From Patescibacteria group bacterium (lineage in GTDB: Bacteria; Patescibacteriota; Microgenomatia; 0-14-0-10-38-17): a stretch of 64,000 bases of DNA. The stretch is taken from assembly GCA_050953885.1 (NCBI GenBank), contig JBMNNJ010000001.1, positions 143,437-207,436 of the forward strand, read 5' to 3'. The position numbers and the translations under genes are program-made. The notes beneath the pieces were generated by a model. It worked only from the letters and a program-made list of their open reading frames with translations. It was not told the DNA's origin and searched no databases. Shown here piece after piece: positions 47,639 through 55,860 of this stretch; the stretch's first letter is position 1, and each line of letters begins with the position of its first letter.

Positions 47639-48181
47639 ATGAGCGGCCGGTTTTATTCCCTTGAAGGCATGGTGATTAACCGCCGTAATTTTGGCGAAGC
47701 CGATCGGCTCATCACTATTTTCCCCAAAAAGCAAGGCAAAACGATTCTTTTGGCGCCGGGGGTGAGGAAAATTACCTCCCGCCGAGGGCCTAAAATAGAA
47801 TTTTTTAATCTTGTCAGCGTCGAGGCAACTCGAGGAAAAACTTGGGATATTTTAACCGAAGCAGAAAGCAAAAAAACTTTTCCTCATCTTAAAAAGGATT
47901 TAAAACGAATTAATGTTGCCTACCAGCTTTGCGAGTTAACCGATCGCTTTATTCCCGAAGGAGAAGAAAATGAAGCCGTTTTCGACCTCCTTTTGGAAAG
48001 CCTGACCCGCCTTGACGAGCCAATTGCCTTTCTTAATTTCGATAATTTACTTTTCCAATTTAAAGCGCGTCTTTTAATCGCCACCGGCTTTTGGCCAAAA
48101 GATGCTAAAATAGCACCAGAAGAAATTGACCGTTATATTGAAAAAATTATTCAGGGAAAGATAAGAAGCGCAAAAATTTAG
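47639..48181 (+). CDS. recO: DNA repair protein RecO (short form)
   Basis: LEGMVINRRNFGEADRLITIFPKKQGKTILLAPGVRK matches the RecO N-terminal OB fold. 180 aa, so it lacks the usual C-terminal region. Confidence 0.6.
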   Translation: MSGRFYSLEGMVINRRNFGEADRLITIFPKKQGKTILLAPGVRKITSRRGPKIEFFNLVSVEATRGKTWDILTEAESKKTFPHLKKDLKRINVAYQLCELTDRFIPEGEENEAVFDLLLESLTRLDEPIAFLNFDNLLFQFKARLLIATGFWPKDAKIAPEEIDRYIEKIIQGKIRSAKI

Positions 48182-48239
48182 TAAGCACACAAGGTTAAAC
48201 AGGATAAAAAAATCGTTATAAAATGTTATATTGTCTCGT

Positions 48240-48355
48240 CGAAAACCGTCATTCTGAACTTGATTCAGAATCAGGATAGATCCTGACTTTCGTCAGGATG
48301 ACGGTTACGGAAATGATTCTGTCCGCCGGCTGGCGGATCGTCAGAATGACGAATT
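48240..48355. repeat. Family-A repeat block (H5, H1, H3)
   Basis: Seen directly. Confidence 0.8.
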
Positions 48356-48509
48356 GCCATACCCATTACAAATTACGAGTTATTCATTACATATTACGAA
48401 TGATTTTTAGCGCGAACTAACCGCCGCACCATTCAGTGCGGGGCACGAGTTCGCTATTCCATTTGTGTCTTATACCTCACCCTCTATACTAAATACTAAA
48501 TACAACCCT

Positions 48510-49823
48510 ATGGCTACTTTAGACCAAATCGTTTCCCTTTGCAAAAGGCGGGGATTTGTTTTTCCCGGCTCCTCCCTTTACGGAGGATTAGCCAATTCTT
48601 GGGATTATGGCCCTTATGGGGCTGCCTTGAAAAAAAATATTAAGGATCTTTGGTGGCAAACATTTGTAGAAAGACGTTCTGATATTTATGGCTTGGATGG
48701 CTCAATTATTCTTTCCCCAAAAGTTTGGGAGGCGTCAGGCCATGTGGCTCGTTTTACCGATCCAGTTCGTGAATGCAGCGGTTGCCACAAGCGTTTTCGA
48801 ACTGACAAAATCGGGGAAGAAACCAAAAAATGCCCCGAATGCGGTCAGGCTTTAGGCCCAAAAACTTTCTTTAACCCGATGTTTAAAACTTATCTTGGCG
48901 TCAAGGAAGATAAAGCTTCTCTGGCTTACCTCCGACCGGAAACCGCCCAGGCGATTTTTATTAATTTTAAAAACGTTATTGACGCTTGCCACCCTCGGCT
49001 TCCCTTTGGTATTGCCCAGATGGGAAAATCTTTCCGCAATGAAATTACCGCCGGCAATTTCATTTTCCGCACCCTCGAATTTGAGCAAATGGAAATTGAA
49101 TACTTTATCCACGAAAAAGATTGGGAAGAAACTTTTAACTATTGGCTTGAACAAATGCTTGCCTTTGCCCAAAAAGTCGGCATTAAAAAAGACCACCTTA
49201 AAACTCGCGAACATCCCAAAGAAGAACTTTCTCATTATTCAAAAAAAACGGTTGACATTGAGTATCTTTTTCCGTTTGGCCAAAGTGAGCTTTATGGTTT
49301 GGCCTACCGCACCGACTACGATCTTAAAAATCACAGCGAAAAAAGCGGCGTTGATCTTTCCTATCAAGACCCAAAAAGCGGCGAGAAATTTTTCCCTCAT
49401 GTAGTCGAGCCCTCTTTTGGGCTGGAACGTACTATTTTAGCTCTCCTTTTAGACGCCTATCACGAAGAAGAGGTTAGGGGAGAAAAAAGAACCGTTTTGC
49501 GGCTGGCGCCACCAATTGCTCCCGTTAAGGTGGCTGTTTTCCCTCTTTTGGCCAATAAAGAGGATTTAGTAAAAGAGGCCAAAAGAGTTTTTAAGGAATT
49601 AGCCGCTTCTTTTATTAGCGAATTTGACGACATTGGCAACATTGGCAAGCGCTACCGGCGGCAAGACGAAATTGGCACCCCTTGGTGCGTTACTATTGAC
49701 TTTGACACCTTAAAAGATAATACTGTTACCGTGCGCGATCGCGACACCATGAAGCAGGAGCGGGTAAAAATTAATTCTTTGAATGATTATTTTGAGCAGA
49801 AATTAAAAAATGAAAACACTTAA
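48510..49823 (+). CDS. glyQS: Glycine--tRNA ligase (dimeric class II type)
   Basis: MATLDQIVSLCKRRGFVFPGSSLYGGLANSWDYGPYG is the canonical GlyRS N-terminus. ATG at 48510. Confidence 0.9.
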   Translation: MATLDQIVSLCKRRGFVFPGSSLYGGLANSWDYGPYGAALKKNIKDLWWQTFVERRSDIYGLDGSIILSPKVWEASGHVARFTDPVRECSGCHKRFRTDKIGEETKKCPECGQALGPKTFFNPMFKTYLGVKEDKASLAYLRPETAQAIFINFKNVIDACHPRLPFGIAQMGKSFRNEITAGNFIFRTLEFEQMEIEYFIHEKDWEETFNYWLEQMLAFAQKVGIKKDHLKTREHPKEELSHYSKKTVDIEYLFPFGQSELYGLAYRTDYDLKNHSEKSGVDLSYQDPKSGEKFFPHVVEPSFGLERTILALLLDAYHEEEVRGEKRTVLRLAPPIAPVKVAVFPLLANKEDLVKEAKRVFKELAASFISEFDDIGNIGKRYRRQDEIGTPWCVTIDFDTLKDNTVTVRDRDTMKQERVKINSLNDYFEQKLKNENT

Positions 49824-50553
49824 AAGATTTTCCAAAAAACAAAAAATTATTATCGGCGTTGTTTTTTTAATTCTCTTAGGCGGCCTTATTTTTTTTCTTC
49901 AAAAAAGAGGAGAGAGGGAGGGTTCCCCGACAATTTCTCCCACCCCGCAGGTTAACCGCATTATCCCCCTTAGCCTTGAAGAGATGCCTTATGTTGTCCT
50001 TTCTCCCAAAGAAAATAATCACTACTTAGTTCTTAAGCTTAAGAAAGTTAAAAACGCCGATGGGGTGGAGTTTGAATTAATTTATGAGTTGGAGGACGAA
50101 ATTAGCCGGGGGATTTCCGGCAAAATTGACTTAGAAGGGGAAGAGGCAGAAAAAGAGCTGATGTTAGGCACCTGTTCTAGCGGCACCTGCCGTTTCGACG
50201 AAGGGGTAACTGGCGGCCAGATAATCTTAAATCTTCTTCAAGGAAGCCAAATCCGTTCTTTGCACACCAATTTTGTCATTTTTGAAAAAGAAAGCGCTTC
50301 CCCAGATGGGAAAATTAGCGTTGAGGCGGCCAAAAAAGGGAATTTTCTTCTTTTGGAAGGTGGCGGTTTGCCGGAAAGCCTCGGGGAAGGAAAAGAATTG
50401 TTAGGCGGCCCTTACACCTTAGCCAGCGAGAACCAAAAAAGCTTCTTTACTATTACGGCAGAAAAGGGGAGTTTACTTTATTGGGATGAAAATGAATGGG
50501 TAGAAGCAGAGAAAGAAGAAGCGCCGCTGGGAACCTACGTGCTGGTAAAGTAG
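49810..50553 (+). CDS. Hypothetical membrane-anchored protein
   Basis: N-terminal TM segment. 247 aa. No motif recognised. Confidence 0.45.
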   Translation: MKTLKRFSKKQKIIIGVVFLILLGGLIFFLQKRGEREGSPTISPTPQVNRIIPLSLEEMPYVVLSPKENNHYLVLKLKKVKNADGVEFELIYELEDEISRGISGKIDLEGEEAEKELMLGTCSSGTCRFDEGVTGGQIILNLLQGSQIRSLHTNFVIFEKESASPDGKISVEAAKKGNFLLLEGGGLPESLGEGKELLGGPYTLASENQKSFFTITAEKGSLLYWDENEWVEAEKEEAPLGTYVLVK

Positions 50554-50694
50554 AGCCACACAGCTAAGAAGAACTTCTTAAAAAAAGTTAGTAATTCGTA
50601 ACTGGTAATCAGTAACTCGTAATTAAAAAAAATAATTCCGTCTTTGATAATTACGAGTTACGCATTACGGATTACTGATTTTTAATTTTACTCC

Positions 50695-50850
50695 CTCAGC
50701 TAGCGGATTCGTCAGAACCTGTCCTGAATTTAATTCAGGAATGACGACCACGATTAGCGTCATTCTGAACTTGATTCAGAATCAGTTAGATCCTGACTTT
50801 CGTCAGGATGACGGCTACAGGGATGATCCTATCCGCCAGCTGGCGAATTA
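50695..50850. repeat. Family-A repeat block, preceded by a GTAAC-type inverted-repeat hairpin (50590-50690)
   Basis: gtaattcgtaactggtaatcagtaactcgtaatt ... aattacgagttacgcattacggattactga. Confidence 0.8.
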
Positions 50851-51096
50851 AAACGACAACTCAAAACTCAAATCTAAAAAAAACAAATTTAAGTTTTAAA
50901 AAGTTTTAACATTTGCCATGTAGGCCTGCCTTGCCGGCAGGCAGGTTTGCCATTTGCGTTTTGAGATTTGAGTTTATGGTTTTGGTCTTTAAGTTTGACT
51001 TTGCCCTTTGGTCTTTTACTTTTGAGTTATCGCAAAACAACCCCTTTTTGACTAAGTCAGCCCCATCTCTTTTGGTGAAATAAACTTAATAAAAAT

Positions 51097-51172
51097 TGGT
51101 GCTCGCGCTTGGATTTGAACCAAGGACCTCATCGATGTGAACGATGCGCTCTGCCAGCTGAGCCACGCGAGC
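51097..51172 (-). tRNA. tRNA-Val (anticodon CAC)
   Basis: Reverse complement GCTCGCGTGGCTCAGCTGGCAGAGCGCATCGTTCACATCGATGAGGTCCTTGGTTCAAATCCAAGCGCGAGCACCA folds as a canonical cloverleaf: 7-bp acceptor, D stem GCTC/GAGC, anticodon stem CATCG/CGATG with loop TTCACAT, T stem CTTGG/CCAAG, encoded CCA. Confidence 0.9.
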
Positions 51173-51314
51173 ATGGCAAACTTAAAAACTAATAACATTA
51201 TACCATCGGTGAAAATAAAAGAGAAACCAGGAAACAACTTTCGCAACCACGGGAGTTGATTATTCTTGACAAAAGTGTCATCTTGACTAAAGCCATGATC
51301 TATTTTTGATTCTA

Positions 51315-51500
51315 AATCCCGCCTGAGGCGGATCCCGTTATGGCGGGACGAGTTCAGGATGACGGTCAACGTTATCCTAACCCCGCCAAAGGCGTGGCTG
51401 ACGAAAGTCAAAATCTTTTTTGATCCTGAATCAAGCTTAGAATGACGGTCAGCGTTATCCTGACCCCGCCAAAGGCGTGGCTGACGAAAGTCAGAATCTG
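51315..51500. repeat. Family-A repeat block (H4 cccgcctgaggcggatcccgttatggcggg, H1 variants)
   Basis: ORF 51052..51411 is spurious. It spans the tRNA and the repeats. Confidence 0.8.
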
Positions 51501-51935
51501 TTTTTTATTTTAAAATACCTAAAATAACCTCCGCAGGCTGGTTAAAATACACGAATTGACATTAAGCAAAAAACGAATAGACACGAATTTATAGGGGCGT
51601 ACACGTACCGCCCGCATATTGGTATGAATTATTTCCAACGGGGAAATTCTTCCCAACTGGCAATTCGTAAATCACTCCTACTGTAAGTTTATTATTTATA
51701 ATATGCTATGACAAATTTTTAAGCGATCGCTTAAAAATTTGTCATAAATAAACAGGTTTACCTAATCGACTAACATTCTTCTTTTAACCATAAGTCATTC
51801 TTCTTTTAATCACAAATTCTTCTCTTGAGCACAAAAGGTGAGGGTAATTTCTTTCTTCAGGAGGATATGTTTTGGATAATTTAGAAATTTCTATTGATTC
51901 TATTTTCTTTTCTTGTTCATTTATTTTCTAAAATT

Positions 51936-52330
51936 TAAAACCAAGTTTTTCAAGTAATTTTAAATATCCACTTGGTTTGGTGCCAAAACTTTTTAATCCC
52001 AAAAGGCTAAATTCTGTAATAATTTTCGCTTTTCTATTCCTCTTTAAAAGATTTATCATTCCCCGAATGGCTTTTTTTCCGCCCCTTCAATATCCATTTT
52101 AATAAAGTCAATTCTTAGGTTATTTCCCCTAAAATAATTATCTAGTGAAATCGCTTCAACTTCTAAAAACCGATCGCTTTGGGGTGAATCATACCGCCGA
52201 TGGCCTCCCAGATTATCTTTAATTAAACAAAACATGCCTCTCTGTTTTGCCAGCCACCGCCTTAGGCACTAAAATCATATCTTTATAACCGTTAAATGCC
52301 TATATTTTTTAAGCAGGAAAAGTTGGCCGG
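51936..52330 (-). pseudogene. FkbM-family methyltransferase pseudogene (fragmented)
   Basis: The minus-strand frames give IDFIKMDIEGAE (FkbM DxEGAE motif) and INLLKRNRKAKIITEFS...GYLKLLEKLGFKF, broken by stops and frame changes. No ORF of 60 aa or more lies in 51500-52620. Confidence 0.55.
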
Positions 52331-52627
52331 ATCTGGCTCAAAAGCAAAAACTCTTCCTTTTTTGCCAACACCATCGGTAAAAATAAAAGAAAAAGCAAGA
52401 AATAATTTTCGCAACTCTCAGGGTTAGTAAGCTTTTTAATCTTCTTAACAGAATTAATCTTAAACCAACAAACCCGTCTTTTTTTACTAGGAGACTATAT
52501 CAGGAACACAAGTTAATTTTTATTTTTTACACTTAATACATAATACTTCGTCCTTAATACTTTTTTACAAATTGCTTATTATTTTTCCCCTTGTTTTAAA
52601 AATAAAAAGAGGATTATAATAGAGGTC

Positions 52628-53212
52628 ATGAACACTCTTAAAAAAGTCTGGCGGGTTTTTTTGGAAGTTGTTCAAAATATCACCCTTGCCCTCTCCATTT
52701 TTGTTATTATCTACCTTTTCTTTTTCCGCCCTCATCAGGTTAACGGGATGTCAATGTATCCTAATTTTCATAACCGCGACTACATTCTCTCGGAAAAAAT
52801 TTCCTATCGCTTTCGGGAACCAAAGCGGGGCGAGGTGGTGATTTTTAAAGCTCCCCCTTCAGAAAGTTGCGCCGCCATTGAGTGCGAGTATATTAAAAGA
52901 ATTGTGGCCTTGCCGGACGAAAGGGTAGAAATTCGCGAGGGAGCTGTTTATATTGACGGCCAAAAACTGGAAGAGCCGTACCTTGCTGCCGCGACCAAAA
53001 CCCGCAGTGGGACATTTTTAAAGGAAAATGAACCTTATCAAATTCCGGAGGATTATTATCTTCTTTTAGGAGACAATCGTGACGGCTCACGCGACAGCCG
53101 TGACTTTGGACCGATTAAAAAAGAAGCGATTGTGGGCCGGGCTTGGTTGCGTTACTGGCCTCCCGAACAAATTGGCTTTACCCCCGAACCAGTTTACAAT
53201 TTTGCGCCCTAA
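52628..53212 (+). CDS. lepB: Signal peptidase I
   Basis: VNGMSMYPNF (Ser box). LLGDNRDGSRDSRDFGPI. GRAWLRYWP. Confidence 0.9.
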   Translation: MNTLKKVWRVFLEVVQNITLALSIFVIIYLFFFRPHQVNGMSMYPNFHNRDYILSEKISYRFREPKRGEVVIFKAPPSESCAAIECEYIKRIVALPDERVEIREGAVYIDGQKLEEPYLAAATKTRSGTFLKENEPYQIPEDYYLLLGDNRDGSRDSRDFGPIKKEAIVGRAWLRYWPPEQIGFTPEPVYNFAP

Positions 53213-54024
53213 CTTTTAATCCTTTTCAAAAAATCTTTTAAGTCTTCTTCTGTTTCGGTTAGCCCCCCACGAAAAACAAGGGTAATCTTAGTCTGCGTTC
53301 GCGAACGGCTTAAGGAGACTCGCGTTGTGGGCGGAAAACTTTCCTTAATCTCTCTTTCTATTTCTTGATACTGGTCTAAATTTTCTCTTGCTTCCTTCTC
53401 CTTTTCTTTTATAAACACCTCGCCTTGGTCTTTTAGGAGCCGGGCAATTTCCTCGGCCCGCCGCACTGATGCTTTTTCCTTCAAAATTTGCTTATAGGCA
53501 GTGACAATTTTCTCCGGAGGCTTTAAACCGGCAATTGCCCGCGCATGACCCTCACTTATTAATCCCGAAAGAAGGCCATCCTTAACCGCATCCGGCAGAG
53601 AAAGCAGGCGGATGGAATTGGAAATATAGGCTTCACTTTTCCCAATTTTCTCGGCAATTTCTGCCAAGCTCAAACCGAATTCCACCTCCAGGCGCTCAAA
53701 GGCTTTTGCCCGATCAAGGGGCCCTAAATCCTCTCTTTGGACATTTTCTATGAGAGCCCATTCCAGCATTTGCCGCGGATTAGTTTCTTTAACAATCGCC
53801 GGTACTTCTTTAAGGCCTAAAATTTTTGCCGACCGCCAGCGCCTCTCCCCGGCAATAATCTGATAGCCGGCAGGCGTTTTGGCAACCACCAGCGGCTCAA
53901 GAATGCCGTGCTGACGAATAGACTCAATTAAATCAGTTAAAGACTCGGGAGTGATCACTCCCCGCGGCTGAAGAGGATTGGGCTGGAGTTCATCAACAGG
54001 GATCTCAATAACTTGCTGGCTCAT
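53209..54024 (-). CDS. parB: ParB/Spo0J chromosome partitioning protein
   Basis: [19 protein letters not shown] ParB box. HTH region [18 protein letters not shown]. Confidence 0.9.
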   Translation of the reverse strand: MSQQVIEIPVDELQPNPLQPRGVITPESLTDLIESIRQHGILEPLVVAKTPAGYQIIAGERRWRSAKILGLKEVPAIVKETNPRQMLEWALIENVQREDLGPLDRAKAFERLEVEFGLSLAEIAEKIGKSEAYISNSIRLLSLPDAVKDGLLSGLISEGHARAIAGLKPPEKIVTAYKQILKEKASVRRAEEIARLLKDQGEVFIKEKEKEARENLDQYQEIEREIKESFPPTTRVSLSRSRTQTKITLVFRGGLTETEEDLKDFLKRIKS

Positions 54025-54272
54025 AAGGGAATAACCTCAATAATTTTTTTCCCTTCTTTTTTAGCAAAAACAACTTTGCCCTTAGTTTTGGCAAAGATCG
54101 TAAAATCCCGCCCCATGGCCGTTCCTTTGCCGGGATGAAATTTTGTCCCTCGCTGGCGAATAATAATATTGCCCGATTGCGCCATTTGCTCTCCAAAAAT
54201 CTTCACCCCTAATCTTTTCCCGGGTCGAGGCGGTTTTTGATTTGCCTTTCCGGCCGCTTTTGTTTTAGACAT
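54021..54272 (-). CDS. rpmA: 50S ribosomal protein L27
   Basis: LGVKIFGEQ...[26 protein letters not shown]. Confidence 0.9.
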   Translation of the reverse strand: MSKTKAAGKANQKPPRPGKRLGVKIFGEQMAQSGNIIIRQRGTKFHPGKGTAMGRDFTIFAKTKGKVVFAKKEGKKIIEVIPL

Positions 54273-54282
54273 TTTCTAAAAA

Positions 54283-54621
54283 TTAAACATTAATACTTAA
54301 AATTTTAACCCGCGTAAGATCGGGGCGAAACCCCTTCACCCGGCGATAACGCGATTTGGCCCGATAGGTGGCCACCCGCACTTTTTCTCCCCGAAATTGA
54401 TTTAAAACCTCTGCCTCCACACTTGCCTTTGCTAATAACGGTTGGCCAATCTTTACTTCTTTATTTTTCGCCAAAAGAACTTTATCAAAGTTCACTTTTT
54501 CGCCTTCCTTTTTATCGCCTAGCCCCAAAACATCAATTTCCTCACCCGCCGCCACCCGATACTGCTGGCCACCCCACGAAATAATCGCGTATTGTGGATT
54601 ATCTTTTTGTTGACCGGTCAT
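54283..54621 (-). CDS. rplU: 50S ribosomal protein L21
   Basis: YAIISWGGQQYRV...RGEKVRVATYRAKSRYRRVKGFRPDLTRVKI. Confidence 0.85.
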   Translation of the reverse strand: MTGQQKDNPQYAIISWGGQQYRVAAGEEIDVLGLGDKKEGEKVNFDKVLLAKNKEVKIGQPLLAKASVEAEVLNQFRGEKVRVATYRAKSRYRRVKGFRPDLTRVKILSINV

Positions 54622-54783
54622 AAATAAACTAAATTCAAAGTTTAAAGTTACAAGTCAAATGGCAAAACTACAACTTAAAACTCAAATCTGGAAAAACAAT
54701 ATTTTAAAAAGATTTAAGATTTAACATGTAGTTTTGAGTTTTGTCCGCCAGCTGGCGGATTGACTTTTGACTTTTTCATTATA

Positions 54784-55848
54784 TCATTCCCTCCCGCTAA
54801 TATAAAGAGCTTCTTTTGGGGCCTGAAATCCTGCTTCGCGCCATAAGGAATGACAAAGGCCCAAACCAGCCATCGTTGCTATATAAGAGGAGCCACCGTA
54901 GGAAAGAAGGGGAAGAGTAATGCCGGTAATCGGTAGAAGACCTAAATTCATGCCAATATTAATCGTTGTCTGAACCAAAAGCAAGGTAAAAACACCAAAA
55001 ACAACTCCCTTTTCAAAAAGAGAAGTTTGGGCAAAGGCAATATCCAAAAGATGCCAAAAAAGAACCCCGTAAGACAAAAGCACCAAGGCTCCCCCGGCAA
55101 AGCCAAAAGACTCAACAAATGAAGCAAAAATTAAATCGTTATGGTATTCAGGCAAAAATGCTAGCCGGCTTTGAACTTGCAATCCCAAACCCCGACCCAA
55201 AAACCTCCCCGAACCAATGGCAATTAAGGCCTGAAGCGATTGATAATTACTCCCTAAGGGATCGGCTTGAGGATTAAAAAAAGAAATTAAACGCTCTTTT
55301 TGGAAAGGAGCCAAAAATTGCCAAAAAAGAGGCAAGAGAAGCAACCCCACTAAAGAGATTGCCAAAAAAGGCTTCCACGCTTTAGGACGAACTAAAATTA
55401 CCCCCAAACATCCCGCCAAAACGGTTAAAGTACTGCCTAAGTCAGGCTGAATGAAAATGAGAACGGCAATCAAAGCACTTACCAAAAAAGGAAACCAAAA
55501 ACCGGGGAGAAAAGCAACCAAAAGAATTGCTAAAGGTTTAATTGCTTCTGACGGCTGGAAAGAAAAAGACCCCAAAGATAACCATCTTGCCACCCCCCTG
55601 ACCCTTTGGCCCAAAAGTAAAGGGAGAAGCAGTAAAATAAAAGCAATCACCCCAAAAAAAGGGGCCAATTTTTTTAGCAATTTCCCCGGCAAAAAGGAAA
55701 CAAGAAAGAAAATCATAAAGCCGAGCGCCACACTAATTAATTGATTTTTTAAAGACTCGCTTTTAATGTCGCCTAAGAGAATTAAGCTGGAGGCGGTTAA
55801 AAAAACTACCGGCCCCAAAAGCCAACCGTCAATTTTGTTCTTTCTCAT
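54784..55848 (-). CDS. SEDS-family peptidoglycan glycosyltransferase (FtsW/RodA)
   Basis: PITGITLPLLSYGGSSYIATMAGLGL C-terminal signature. 10 TM helices. Confidence 0.85.
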   Translation of the reverse strand: MRKNKIDGWLLGPVVFLTASSLILLGDIKSESLKNQLISVALGFMIFFLVSFLPGKLLKKLAPFFGVIAFILLLLPLLLGQRVRGVARWLSLGSFSFQPSEAIKPLAILLVAFLPGFWFPFLVSALIAVLIFIQPDLGSTLTVLAGCLGVILVRPKAWKPFLAISLVGLLLLPLFWQFLAPFQKERLISFFNPQADPLGSNYQSLQALIAIGSGRFLGRGLGLQVQSRLAFLPEYHNDLIFASFVESFGFAGGALVLLSYGVLFWHLLDIAFAQTSLFEKGVVFGVFTLLLVQTTINIGMNLGLLPITGITLPLLSYGGSSYIATMAGLGLCHSLWREAGFQAPKEALYISGRE

Positions 55849-55860
55849 TTTAGGGGTTTC

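Noticed and set aside
51173-52620. Prophage or integrative element at tRNA-Val
   Set aside because: No integrase, structural or replication genes were found. Only a decayed methyltransferase and repeats are present, so this is kept as a low-confidence remnant finding.
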